NCBI GenBank assembly: GCA_023205875.1
Contig: CP060756.1
Location: 62,001-126,000, forward strand
Direction: 5' to 3'
DNA from: Chloropicon primus
Taxonomy: Eukaryota
Length of the DNA stretch: 64,000 nt
A program made the position numbers and the translations under genes. The notes beneath the pieces are model-generated. The model was not told the origin of the DNA and made no database searches. It saw only the letters and a program-made list of their open reading frames with translations. Below, piece by piece: positions 50,401-61,115 of the stretch. How positions within the stretch are numbered: position 1 is the first letter of the stretch; every line of letters begins with the position of its first letter.

Positions 50401-50774
50401 CGAAGGATGGTCAGCTCAGCATTCTTGGGATCGACAAGAACGACGTCGTGTGTACACTATGCTTCTGCGGTCCCCACCACGCCGACGTCGACAAGATGAA
50501 GGGTCTGATGGGTCTGCACACCAACTACCTCGGCAAGAGGAACAAGGAGCTCGACAAGATCCCTTGCATCTACTCTTACCTCACAGAAACGTGGTCGGCG
50601 GCCCTGTACTCGGAACAAGTGCAGCAACTCCGACGACTGATTCTGACCCAAGGCCTGCCCAAGACCCAAAGCGGCTTGAGAAGCTCGATACACAACGGCG
50701 TCCTGGAGCTGGTGAAGGAGAACATCCAAGACTTCACGAACTACCACCTGCCGTACACCGACTCCTATTACTAA
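47454..50774 (+). CDS. CFAP61: Cilia- and flagella-associated protein 61-like
   Basis: VRPAKVEDHDDLVP, GEKFALARLIE, FPNKDYCIVSL, LYVLHRYSLL, NARVIVVGAS, LVYDGRLVV-type segment. Confidence 0.85.
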   Translation: MVTAVDVVEVRVCEAGNLAKIKKDVSWENSGNFFDCVDLEQALDDSVLSVYATDSSTGQVVGFLALEVSPSQEDVVENAPRREWIEGEMKTLGYSKGSTLWVNVACLCRKGGDVPLRSMLAFAFNKFAHVDSIAMAVVDRDYLPNKAIGVGIPKISKNLELKVNLSCVERSTICPKLVVRPAKVEDHDDLVPVVEEMKAKFPDLSQLPDSVKPGEKFALARLIENDSWSVLVATVKDKIVGMMCLQEVEDLQYYQENFDLEMFDDLAEVIEAEPQQAEPKEAEAATEGADGGEAGEASPEGEGEGEGAEEGQEGSAQGEASPAKEGSEEEKAEAQGAEGGTEEDQEAAQEANEEDEDFDFTGDEEDGEEENANVEEDGEAAPEAKRESLAFAVKMFCMKDEYANQAMDFLQPAFDSFPNKDYCIVSLSHNSRVPDLLSSFSQATAATEKLSSDVLYVLHRYSLLTDFQTDKAEAGDYNEILDLLGELAEDKSMLESINKALDTGNLIKATCQGQIVGVCSVEPKVNLAELMTNFQLSAFSETLKYRNYNLGELTTFVMNPVFSYQKKFFLSNVMRLVSKTSLCFLLREGKPVADILDVFYPIQRRTGKGNGETDYLLFSLNQRDVYKEKDPLNARVIVVGASKCGLSCLESLLQNPQYHFTNMTMVTADQAVTKLAGEHAFLSQVRLISCSVVEINREEKQVFLEDDTVLSYDILVLTSGVQDQLDFGMGEEALPVVTAAGLKDYLKSSESKPEHAIVYGGRGEAFDAMSALDDEGVEYTYASPETSLKSVLVERIAAEVEIDKFLRKPTRMTLHSVSAGSDKSLGCSFVNMDGSIVKTETSLLVLAHTQNVNSNIFGCLNDSSIVYDGRLVVNGSFCTTDEFIFGGGTMAKFSRLYGGLPVEMFNSEEVGKILAANITAKCEQANGTREHAKDLAEVPQFKEPVGFSYRLPHKGTSVTYISYPPLSNTTVAVPEGGRLLRTTKDGQLSILGIDKNDVVCTLCFCGPHHADVDKMKGLMGLHTNYLGKRNKELDKIPCIYSYLTETWSAALYSEQVQQLRRLILTQGLPKTQSGLRSSIHNGVLELVKENIQDFTNYHLPYTDSYY

Positions 50775-51162
50775 GCCTATTACACCTTTGCCTTGTGAGT
50801 GTGTGTGCCTGTAATCGTAATCGTAATCGTAATCGTACCGTACTGTTTTTTGACTCCACTCCACTCTCCATTCTCGTGAGTTTGGTAAAACGCTTTTCAT
50901 CTGATTCATCCGCCAGAGGCGACGCTTTACCAGGAGAGAACGAGAGAGAGGAGAGTGCGGACGAGGAGAGGGGAGGAGAGCAAGGAACGCAGGAGGGGGA
51001 AGGGATCCAATTCGCACGTTTGTCGTGCATTGAGTCTCCTTCGTTGGGAGTCGCGAAGACGATGGAGGCGGTGCACCGGCCACGCTAGCAGTTGGACTTG
51101 CAGTTGTTGGGTATTTGTATAGGGATTGGAAGGAGCGCGGGGAGTACTCTGAACGGGGAAGG

Positions 51163-51805
51163 ATGAGCGCGGCGGCGAGCCAGAACGGCATTCCTCTCCA
51201 AGCGAGGAAGGGGAGGGACTTGCAAAAGTACGAGGCGGGGCACCGCCTGGTCGCTGGGTGCATCCCCATTCGATACGTGCAGAGGGACGGGGGGCAACAC
51301 GTCGAGATACTCATGATCACGAGCAAGAGCAGTGACCTCCTGGTGCTTCCAAAGGTACGCGGACGCGTGCAGGGCCTTCGGAGTTGAAGGATCCCACCTT
51401 TTCTCTAACTCTCTCTCTTCGTCGTGTCTTTTGCTTCGCTTTCCTTCCGGGAACTCAACAACACCAAAACACCATCGGCAGGGAGGCTGGGAGGTGGACG
51501 AGACCCTTGAAGCGGCAGCGGCCAGGGAGACCATGGAGGAGGCCGGCGTCACTGGAGACCTGAAGGGCCCGAAGCGGGGACCCTTCTCTTTCACGACGAA
51601 AAGGAAGAGCCTTTGCAAGGCGTACTTGTACATTATGAAAGTGAATGAGGAGCTCTCCGAGTGGCCCGAACGGCACGAAAGGAAGCGTTCGTGGTACTCG
51701 ATTGACGATGCTGTAAAGTTATGCAAGTGGGACTGGATGAAAGATGCTTTGTGTACACTAAAGGAGGAGGAGCTGGCCGCAAAAGGTGTAGAGCTGGTTG
51801 GTTGA
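51163..51805 (+). CDS. Nudix hydrolase (DIPP-like; intron 51355-51481)
   Basis: RLVAGCIP, LPK|GGWEVDETLEAAAARETMEEAGV Nudix box, WPE..RKRSW. Confidence 0.92.
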
Positions 51806-51923
51806 CGACGGAAACCTTCCTTGCCTTGGGACAGATGAGATTAATCCTTAGAATACAAACATCGTTTTTGTTGCGTTTTGCTGGAAGCGGGGAGCACACC
51901 CAGTAGAAGCAGGAGCCCTGTGA

Positions 51924-53357
51924 TCAGCCCTCTGCTGGCTTTCCTTCCCCGTCCTCCTGCGGCTCTTTCTTTGGATTGAAAATCTGCTCAAGGAGCTCAG
52001 GGTCCGCGCTCTGCGGAGCCTTCAGGACCTCGGCCTTCACGCTGGGCAAGATCGGTATCGGGGCCTGCGCCAGGGACACGATGGTCGGGGGCACTCCGCT
52101 GGCGACCATGTAATCGTAGCACCCGTTGAGGATGCACAAGAGGCACAGGGTGTACTTGGCGTTCGCCCTTATCTTCGTGATCGTGCTCGTCTCCGCCAGC
52201 TGCGTCAGCATGGGCACAGCCCCCGAGGCGACAATCCTCACCTTGTTCGGGTCACTGCACGCCAGGTGCCTCAAGCAGCCCGTCGAAGCTTTCATGAGGA
52301 GCTCCATGGTCGGGTGCACCTTCACCTTTGCGCTCTTCTTCTTCTTCTTCTTCTTCTTGCCACCGCCGTCGTCGCCCGCCAGGGAGGCGACCCCCTCCTT
52401 GAGGCCCTCCATGGCGATCGTGACCACGTCCTGGTCCGTCATCTCCTTCAGGACCTCGTCCACGTTGGGAATCTGGAAGATCCACCAAAGGCACCCCACG
52501 ATGTAAGCCCTCGTTTGAGCGAAGAACATCTTTTGGGGGTGGTTGGGGTCCACCGTGTCTGGCCTATTCCCCCTCGTCTTGTAAAGCCTCGTTAGCATTG
52601 GGATCACCCCGTTCTGGTACGACAGGATTCTGTTGGCTTCCACCTCGAGCAGCCTGTAAAACAAGCCAGTCGCAGCCTCGACCACGTTGTCCGTCTTCCA
52701 CCTTCGTATGGCACTCACCAGAACCTTGATGCCCCCCACTTTCCCGAAGTGTATCTTGAGGTCGTCGTTCCCCGCGGTGGCGAACCGCATGGCCATCATT
52801 GCGTCCGCTACGATGATGTCCGAGGGCGTGTCGTCAATGGCACGCAGGACAACTCTCCAGGGCAGCTCTATCTGGCTCAGCACGGTCTTCCTCGTCGCCG
52901 TCTTCTCCAGAAGCAGCCTCAGTATTCCCATAGCGCTGGCCTGGCAATCGTCCGTTGAGGAAAGGAACTTGCACACCACCCTCGCGGTGTAGTTCTGCGT
53001 CACTGGCGACCGCCACACCGCTATCGCTTCCCTGTTCGCCTCGTCCTTGCACAGCGTGTGAAGGAGCCCTATGGCGCTCGTCCGCTCAATTTGCCCACAC
53101 TCTTTGTTGTCAAGGACGAAGAGGCAGGAGGACACCGCACCTGCGGCGCATATTTCCTTTGCAGACTTGAGAGCATGGTGCCTGAGAAGGAACGCCGCCT
53201 CCGTTTTCGTCGTAGGTTGACCCCCAGCTCCCTTGTTGAGAACCCCGAGACCTCCAAGGACAGCCACCAAGCTCGGGATGTCGTTCTTTGACTCGCTGTT
53301 ATTCTGCGGATAATACAGCACTTCGCCCGCAGGCTCACTCGTCGAAGCCACAGCCAT
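51924..53357 (-). CDS. Armadillo-repeat protein
   Basis: Repeated ARM-like helices (GGIKVLV, GVIPML, GAVPMLTQL); poly-Lys insert. Confidence 0.7.
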   Translation of the reverse strand: MAVASTSEPAGEVLYYPQNNSESKNDIPSLVAVLGGLGVLNKGAGGQPTTKTEAAFLLRHHALKSAKEICAAGAVSSCLFVLDNKECGQIERTSAIGLLHTLCKDEANREAIAVWRSPVTQNYTARVVCKFLSSTDDCQASAMGILRLLLEKTATRKTVLSQIELPWRVVLRAIDDTPSDIIVADAMMAMRFATAGNDDLKIHFGKVGGIKVLVSAIRRWKTDNVVEAATGLFYRLLEVEANRILSYQNGVIPMLTRLYKTRGNRPDTVDPNHPQKMFFAQTRAYIVGCLWWIFQIPNVDEVLKEMTDQDVVTIAMEGLKEGVASLAGDDGGGKKKKKKKKSAKVKVHPTMELLMKASTGCLRHLACSDPNKVRIVASGAVPMLTQLAETSTITKIRANAKYTLCLLCILNGCYDYMVASGVPPTIVSLAQAPIPILPSVKAEVLKAPQSADPELLEQIFNPKKEPQEDGEGKPAEG

Positions 53358-53981
53358 TCCGAGCGTCTCTCCCCCTCCCCTCCTCACACAAACACAACAC
53401 CAAGGCCAAGAAGGGGTTTAGTCCCCTCAAGAGGTTGTCTCGACCACCTCAAAAACTCCCAGTGCTTCCCGGTCCTCCCCTGGAGTTGGAATGTGCTTGA
53501 TGACCCGTGAATGACTTTGCCCCTCGTGCTCCCAGTCAGGCCACCGAACCAAACCGAACACTCCCTCTCGTGACCTCGCCTGGGTTCACAAAAGCACTCG
53601 AGAGTTGTCCTCCTCGCTCGTCGCTCCTCGTCGCTCTGCAGAGAGGTGAGGTGATATGATGGTCAAAACAAAACGAAGGCAAACACTTTACACCCAAGGT
53701 GGTCATCTTGGACAACGACACCTGGCCTTGGCAGGACAAAGGTACGAGGGACAAAGTCACTCGTCTCTCTCGTCCACTTGGTTGTCGCAACCTTTGACGG
53801 TGCAGGGTGGAAGGGCTTGGCTTGGCACCAAGGGAGAACGCTAGAACGCTCGTGGTGTGTGTGTGTGTGTGTGCTGTCGCAACTTCTCTCTCGACTGGTC
53901 GGGGAGTGGTAGGTTTTAGACCTTGGGGGTTGGTTTGCAGGACAATACAATACTGTATCCCTATAGGGGTTCGAGGACAAG

Positions 53982-55068
53982 ATGACAGATAGTCCAGTGA
54001 GTTACCCAAAGGTGGAGATGCAGCCGCCTTTGGATCAAGGGGAGTCGTCGAAGGCAGGGGCTGAGAAGGCTGTGACACAAGGTGAAGCTCAGGTGGAAGC
54101 TGAACCAAAAAAGGACATACACAGGTGAGTCTCGGAGCAGCCAGGGTCTTCTTGGCCCTTCGTCTCATCGCATTCGCGCCCGTCATTCTCTCTCTCTCTC
54201 TCTCTCTCTCCTTGCCTGAGGATGACTTTGTTGCGTGCTGCGCTGAGCGCGGAGAGGGGAGACAGCGTGCAGCAGTTTTGGGGGACTGACCAGCGTTTGT
54301 GTTGTTTCTTCGCGAAAGGTTTGGAGTACAGGTAACAGGTGAGTGACGTTTGCCCCGACCCCTAACGCCCGCACGACCGTCCTGCTGACGCACGCCACCC
54401 TCTTGCAATCAGACTTGAGCCCGAAAGCCACGGAGCACATCTTGAGGGAGTTCTTCGAGTTCAGTGGGAAGATTACGGATGTCCAACTGTACATGCCTCC
54501 AGAGGGCGGGCACGCGGCAAAGATCTACTTCGAGAAGGAAGAGGAGGCCGAGACTGCGACACTCCTGACCGGAGCCATCATTCTGGACGAGCAAGTAGTG
54601 ATATCGAGCCTGTTCGAGGGGAGCGCCCCACCGGTCATGGGCAAGAAGGCGGTCGACGTCATCTCTCAGATGCTGTCTCAAGGCTACCTCTTCGGGAAGA
54701 CGACTCTCGACAAGATCGGGGAGTTTGACAAGAAGATGGGGTTGTCGGAATCGGTGAAGCAAAACATCGCAAAGGCAAAGGAAAAGTTGGAGGGTCTGGA
54801 CGGCAAGCTTCAGATCCGGTCGAGGACCAGCTCCTTCCTGAAGTCTGTACAAGGAAAACTGAACGAGGCGGACTCCAAGTTCAAGATTTCGGAGAAGTTC
54901 AACTCGACTTCGCAAAAGGTCTCGGAGAACCAGAACATCAAGAAGGCGACCAAGGGCATGAAGTATGGCTTCTCGACCATTTCTGCGAATTTTTCCAAGA
55001 TCAGCAACGCGACGAGCTCGAAGATCAAGCAGCAGCTGGGCAAACCCGAGACGAACTCGACGTCGTGA
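53982..55068 (+). CDS. RRM protein, BPA1/Vip1-like (exons 53982-54124, 54319-54338, 54413-55068)
   Basis: VQVTDLSPKATEHILREFFEFSGKI, ETATLLTGAII, MLSQGYLFGK. Confidence 0.85.
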
Positions 55069-55304
55069 CAATTTTGTTGTAACCACCCCCAGCCCACCAT
55101 CCGCACCATTGAATTGAATTCATCCTCCATCCCTCCAAAGCAAAAGTCCAAGTCCGTCGTCGCCACGCCCTATATTCCAGTATTCCGAGATGAGACAAGC
55201 TTGCTCATACTGAAGGGGAAGATCAGAGCGCGCGACAGGTCTGGTCTCGCCTTGTGACAAGGAAAGACTCGAGCTTTGGGCTTCGGAGGACAAGACACAG
55301 AGGC

Positions 55305-56343
55305 ATGAGTCACTACGTCTCCCACTCGTCACAACACCAGGCTTTTGTCCTCACAGACTTTTTGGAGCAAGATGATTTGGCGCTCCTCGAGGAGAAACCC
55401 ATCGTGGCCGAGAAGGACGACAAGTTCAGGAACTTCCTTCGCTGCCAAGCAGGGTGAGTCAGGGCGACCCCTTGGGGGAGTCAACTACCAACTACCGGAA
55501 CAACATTGTGTCTGACTCTGGTCTTCCATTGTGTCCTTTCTCCAGGGCTGCCGCGCTCGCGAGTGGCTGCCTGTCCCTCTTTTTTGCTCCCTCGACCTGC
55601 TACTGCAACCGCATCTTCGAGGGTTCGAGCCTGGTGCTGAGCGCGGATAACGTAGAGTTCTCTCAGCCCACCCCGAGCTTGTGCGTCCTGGCAAACCTCA
55701 AACGAAGCGTGCCCCTGGAGAACATCACAGACGTCACCGTGGAGGACGACTGCATGCTGCAGATGTTCGGCTTGAAGAAGATAATGGTACAAACGGCGGG
55801 AACGGGTGGGATTCCCGTCGGCCCGGGAGGGAACAACATGGCGGGGGTCCAGGCAATATTCGTCAAGGAACCCGAGGTGAGTTGATGATCCAAAATCGAT
55901 TATTATGCATGAGTAGACGGGCGGTTGCGCGGCGCTGTGTTGTGCGAAAGACAGCAACAACAACAACAACAACGACGACGACGACGACGACGACGACTGA
56001 CTCTTCTTTCTTCCAGCTCTGGAAATCGGCCATAAATCACGCTCACGCGCTCAAGGTTCAGACGCAGGCCCCCGGTGGGCAAGCGATGTCCCGAAAGAAC
56101 GCGTCCCGTGCCATGGAGAAGAGCTTGAACTACCGCGTGGAGAGCCTGAGGCAACTTGTGGTTTCGAACGCCTTGACGGAAAAGGAAGCCGACGCGGCCA
56201 GGGTCGGCCTCATGCTGCAGAAAGATGACCTCGCCCTGACCCTCCTGGGCATCTACGGTCTCAAGTCCAAGGGCGTTCTTTCCAGGGAGGACTTTGAACA
56301 AGCCAAAAAGCATTTCATGGCAACCTGCACCAACCTAACGTAG
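55305..56343 (+). CDS. Bacterial PH-like (bPH_2) domain protein with SHOCT-like tails (exons 55305-55453, 55546-55876, 56017-56343)
   Basis: RSVPLENITDVTV..MFGLKKIMVQTAG; GVLSREDFEQAK. Confidence 0.7.
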
Positions 56344-56569
56344 TAGTACAACACAACCAATCTACCCAAAGCCAGCATGGAACAATGGCAGCGACAACCC
56401 ACCCAGCCAAGGCGAGGGACTGCCGGCGTTCCCGCCTCCACCTCCTCAATCAGTTAATCAGTCAGTTCGAGCTCCCCTCCTATCCTCCCGTCCAATCAAC
56501 GTCATCATCGCATCAGATCTTGTGAGCGGAGCGGAGCGCCCTGACGAGCGAGCGAGCGAGCGGGTGGTG

Positions 56570-57253
56570 ATGGCTTTGCCTCTGCGAACGAGGCTAAGGC
56601 GGGGGGGGGAGGATGGGAGGAGCAAGGGGATGCGTTCGCGTTCGGTCATCGTGAGGTCAGGTTCCTTCGGAGACCAGCTCTCGGAGAACTGGAGGAAGGT
56701 GAAGGAGGCGGTGACAGAGACCTTCGACTACGAGAGCTGGGCGCCCAGGAGTGCGAGGGCGTGGAGGCTCGGCTCGATGCCCGAGTCGATGACCAAGGTG
56801 GAAGAGACCGAGGTGGACACCCTGGTGGCGAATTTGCAGCGCCTTTCGGTCAACAGGGAAAGCTGCGCGGGGGAGCTCGAGGGAGGGGCTCTGAACGGGG
56901 ATCAGCTCAAGGACATGATCAAAAACAAGTACGGGGTTCTTTACGACATGAATTTCAAGGTGGTTAGCCTGCCCATGAAGCGAGTCCTGTCCCTGAACGT
57001 AATGTGGAGCTACTACGGCCAGAAGAGTTTTCCTTATACTGAGGCGCAGTACCTGCTCAAACTCGATGGTCTCGCCCAGAAGGTGCGCGAGCTGCAGCAG
57101 GAGGCCGTCGTGAGGGACTTCTTCGCCAAGGAGCCAAAGGCGGAGAGGGGACTGCCGGCGTACCCAACCGTCGGAACGGCTGTCATCATTCGAATGCCGG
57201 GCGTCGAGGACGCCATTGTCGACGAGTTCTTCCCCCAGTCCTCCCAATTTTGA
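56570..57253 (+). CDS. DUF3067-like plastid protein
   Basis: Transit-like N-terminus; KYGVLYD, LNVMWSYYGQKSFPYTEAQYLLKLD. Confidence 0.75.
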   Translation: MALPLRTRLRRGGEDGRSKGMRSRSVIVRSGSFGDQLSENWRKVKEAVTETFDYESWAPRSARAWRLGSMPESMTKVEETEVDTLVANLQRLSVNRESCAGELEGGALNGDQLKDMIKNKYGVLYDMNFKVVSLPMKRVLSLNVMWSYYGQKSFPYTEAQYLLKLDGLAQKVRELQQEAVVRDFFAKEPKAERGLPAYPTVGTAVIIRMPGVEDAIVDEFFPQSSQF

Positions 57254-57337
57254 AACAAACCACCCGCGAGGTCGGAGAGTTCGAGACCACGTGTCTTACA
57301 ATTTTGATAACAGAGAGTTCACCGTTTTTTTTTTCCT

Positions 57338-58891
57338 TCACGACTCGCGCTCCCAAGCTTGCGGTCTGTCTTCTAAAAGTCGCGTGACGCTTTCGAGCGG
57401 CTTTCTGAGCGGCCCCAGGCCTAGGATCAACTCCTTGAGCTGGTCGCCACTCTCCACCTTCGCCGAGGAGAGGAAAACAACGCAGGAGTCGCCCTCGCCG
57501 CCCGGAACCTCCAGGGAGTAGACGCAGCGGCCCGTCCCCGCCTCTTCTGCGATCCGTTTGACGACGCCTTTGTTGTCCCGGTGCGCGAGGTGCAAGGCGA
57601 GAACTCCCCCCGGGTTGAGCTTCTCCAGGACGCCGCAAAGGAACTCCTTCTGCAGGAAAGGCTTGGGCGGGGGGATCGCGCCCACGAACGAGGTGGGCGA
57701 GCTCGGAACCTCCTCGATGCTACAGATATCAAGGAGGATGACGTCAAACGCCGCGTCGTGGCCTACAATCTCGGCGGCATCCCTCACCCTTTTCTCCACT
57801 TTCCCTCCCTCCCCGGGAAACTCGGCGCCGAAGTAGCTCTCGGCCAAGTCGAACATCTCGCCATCGAGGTCCCAAGCCTCGACTTTCGCGTCCGGAACCA
57901 GGGCCGACAGCACCGTGGAAGCCACGCAGGCGCCGGACCCCAGAAAGCACAGGGACCCCAAGTTTTTCGGAAGGGCGCAGGCTGCCAGCAAGCCCTGCTG
58001 CACGCCTTGAGGGAGCAAGTCCCTGCAGACGTTGCCGTCGGCCCTCACGTAGACCTCGCTCTGAGCGAGCCACGGCGCCTGTTTTGAGATCAGCACCCTC
58101 TTGCAATCGACCTCTGGTCCCGCAGACGAGTAGTCCCCGAAGAAATCCACGACAGCGTGCTCGCGCCCGTCGTGGCGCACCACCCGCCTGTTCTCCCTCA
58201 CGTGCTCCTCCTCGAACTCCTCCAGGAGCGAGTCGTCCACCTCGGACAACAAGGATTCCGATTCTGAATGGGAGAGGCCGCCGCTCTCCCCGGCCTCCCC
58301 GGCGAGCCTCGACAGCGTCTCCAGGACGAGCTGAAACCTGATCTCCTCCCTCGTCACGACCTTCGCCTCGCCCTTCGCCTCGATGCCCTCGCAGCGGACC
58401 TGCTCAGCCCTCCACTCGTACGAAGAGGCCACGACCTCCGGCCAGAAAGGATAGGTCCTGCACTGCGTGGGCTTCGCCTTCTCCACCAGGCACAGGTTGT
58501 CCTCCGTCAGAAACGTGCACACCCTCTCCCCCCTGGCGTTCACCTTCCCTCGCAACACGCCCCGCCCGCTCTCGACCCTGTCCCTCCTCACGCTCTTCAG
58601 GCTCTCGTTCAAATGCTGCGCGATGGCCTGGATCTCCCTGTCGTTGACCCTCACCACTCGCCGCTTCGACAAGTGGCAGCACTTCCCACATCTCGTGCAC
58701 GCGAAGTTCACACCCTTCTCCTCGTACCACGGCGACAAGCTCGTCGAGGCCCCCCTCGCAAGAGACCACGCTCCCCACCACCCCGTCCGCGAGACGTTCC
58801 TCGAGGAGGCGTTCCTCGAGGAGGCGTCCACGATGGCAACGAGGGAAGACAAGACCCTTCCCCTCCTTAAATTAGAATACCCGAGCACCAT
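57338..58891 (-). CDS. YkgJ-family CxxCxxCC domain fused to a spermidine-synthase-like SAM-dependent domain
   Basis: FACTRCGKCC..CTFL..C..KPTQCRTYPFW; LGSGAC, DLD, FDVILLD, LNPGG. Start uncertain. Confidence 0.75.
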   Translation of the reverse strand: MVLGYSNLRRGRVLSSLVAIVDASSRNASSRNVSRTGWWGAWSLARGASTSLSPWYEEKGVNFACTRCGKCCHLSKRRVVRVNDREIQAIAQHLNESLKSVRRDRVESGRGVLRGKVNARGERVCTFLTEDNLCLVEKAKPTQCRTYPFWPEVVASSYEWRAEQVRCEGIEAKGEAKVVTREEIRFQLVLETLSRLAGEAGESGGLSHSESESLLSEVDDSLLEEFEEEHVRENRRVVRHDGREHAVVDFFGDYSSAGPEVDCKRVLISKQAPWLAQSEVYVRADGNVCRDLLPQGVQQGLLAACALPKNLGSLCFLGSGACVASTVLSALVPDAKVEAWDLDGEMFDLAESYFGAEFPGEGGKVEKRVRDAAEIVGHDAAFDVILLDICSIEEVPSSPTSFVGAIPPPKPFLQKEFLCGVLEKLNPGGVLALHLAHRDNKGVVKRIAEEAGTGRCVYSLEVPGGEGDSCVVFLSSAKVESGDQLKELILGLGPLRKPLESVTRLLEDRPQAWERES

Positions 58892-59192
58892 CCCCGTCCT
58901 CCGCCAAATCCCATCCCACCAATCCTCGTCGAAATCCTCGTCCAAACCGCCGCCGTTCCTTTCGATGGACCACTCGAAACGAAGCTGGCGAGCGCACCAA
59001 TCGGATCGTCCTACTGCTCCCCCTCCCCTCGTCCTCCTCACAACGCAACAACCAATCGATCGGTCTTGATCGATCGCGATCGCTTCGCCATGATCGTGAT
59101 CGATCAAGAGAAGGGCAAAGAAGATAAGAAAGTGAGGAAGCGCGCGCGGTGATCACGTGCGTACGGAGCGGAGAGGAGAGGAGAAGGGGAGG

Positions 59193-61011
59193 ATGAGAGG
59201 GGTTGGGGTGTGCGCGGGGTGGAGGGCAGGGCGCGGGAGCGTCGCGAGTGTCGGAAAATGGAGGGAGGAGTTCGGGACGAGGACGAGGACGACGAGGACG
59301 AGGACGACGAGGACGTGCAAGGCTGCCTCGACGTCGAGGGACGGGGCCAAGGGGACCGCGAGGCCCTCCCTGGCGAGGAAAGCCATCGCGGGGCCCGCCA
59401 AGGACGTGCTCGGGGACCAAGTCGAGGAGGAGGTTGGCGTGGAGCCTCAAGTCCGAAAGTAAGTAACAACAAACGAACAAAAAAAAACGCATCAACATCA
59501 ACCCACTCTGTGGTCGGATTAATGAACTGAGCGAGCGTTTCGTTTTTCGTTTTCTCTGCCACTGCAGGACCAAGATTGTGGCGACGATCGGGCCGGCGAC
59601 GTCCTCGTGGGAGACATTCTCGGCGCTCGCGACCAGCGGCGTGAACGTGGCCCGGCTGAACATGTCCCACGGCGACCACAAGTCGCACGGCGAGGTGGTC
59701 GACCTCGTGAAGCGCTACAACAAGGAGAACAACACGGGCATAGCCATCATGCTGGACACCAAAGGGCCCGAGGTCCGGAGCGGAGACTTGGTGGAGCCCA
59801 TGGAGCTGCAGCCGGGGGAGGAGTTCACCTTCACGATCACGCAGAAGGGCCTCAAGTCGAGGAAGAACACGTGCACCGTGAACTACGACGACTTTGTGAA
59901 CGACGTCCACGTGGGAGACCTCCTGCTGGTGGACGGCGGAATGATGAGCTTCGAGGTCGTCAGGATCAAGCCAAAGGACGTGGAGTGCAAAGTGGTTGAC
60001 GGGGGGGTGCTCAAGTCCCGGCGGCACCTGAACGTCAGGGGGAAGAGCGCCAGCTTGCCCTCCATCACGGACAAGGACTGGGAGGACATCGACTTTGGCG
60101 TGAAAGCTGGCGTGGACTACTACGCGTTGTCCTTCGTCAAGGACGAGCACGTGGTTCATGAGCTCCGGGACTACTTGAGGAAGAAGCAGGCGGACATCAA
60201 AATTTTGGTCAAGATCGAGAGCGCCGACTCCATTACCAACCTGGACAAGATTCTGGAGGCCACGGACGGCGCCATGGTCGCCAGGGGGGACCTCGGCGCC
60301 GAGCTTCCCGTCGAGGAGGTGCCCATACTCCAGCAGAGGATCGTGCAGACCTGCAGGAGGCTCGGCAAGCCCGTCATCGTGGCCACGAATATGCTGGAAT
60401 CCATGATTGACTACCCGACGCCGACCAGGGCAGAGGTTTCGGACATCTCCATCGCGGTCAGGGAGGGAACCGATGCTGTCATGCTCTCCGGGGAGAGCGC
60501 GTACGGCCAATTTCCCTACAAGAGCGTCCAAGTCATGAGCTCGGTCGCAGGAAGGACGGAAAAAGCTTTGGAGCTCTACTCTGGGATATCCCGTTTCGGC
60601 AGCGCGAACAGTGATCCCATCACTTGGATCGACGGCCAAGACAGGACGATGTCGGAGGTCCTTGCCTACCACGCCACGACGATGGCGAATACCATCAAGT
60701 CCCCCGTCATCGTCTTCACCAGGCACGGGAACATGCCGAGGCTCGTGAGCCATTACAGGCCAAAGAGCATGATTTTCGCCTTCTGCGAGAACGAGGCCAT
60801 CCAGAGGAACCTGAACCTGTACAACGGCATCCGACCTCTCCACCTCAAGTTCGGCGCCGACAAGGAGGAGACCTTCGGGAGGGCCCTGGATCTGCTCAAG
60901 GCCAAGGGGTACGTCCGCGCGGGGCAGGAGGTCACCGTCGTGCAGAGCGGAACCAGGCCCATCTGGAGGCAGGTGGGTGCGCACACCATCCAGGTCATTG
61001 AGGTGGAGTGA
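59193..61011 (+). CDS. PK: Plastidial pyruvate kinase (intron 59459-59567)
   Basis: RK|TKIVATIGP, RLNMSHG, DTKGPE, KIES, MVARGDLG, VMLSGE; transit peptide. Confidence 0.96.
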
Positions 61012-61115
61012 TGATCCATAAAAAAAAGTCTTGTTCGGTCCGCCTTGTTTGCTTGCTTCAATCCTACTTTTTACGCTTTCTTACAATAAAACACATCGTC
61101 GTTTGTTGTACATAC

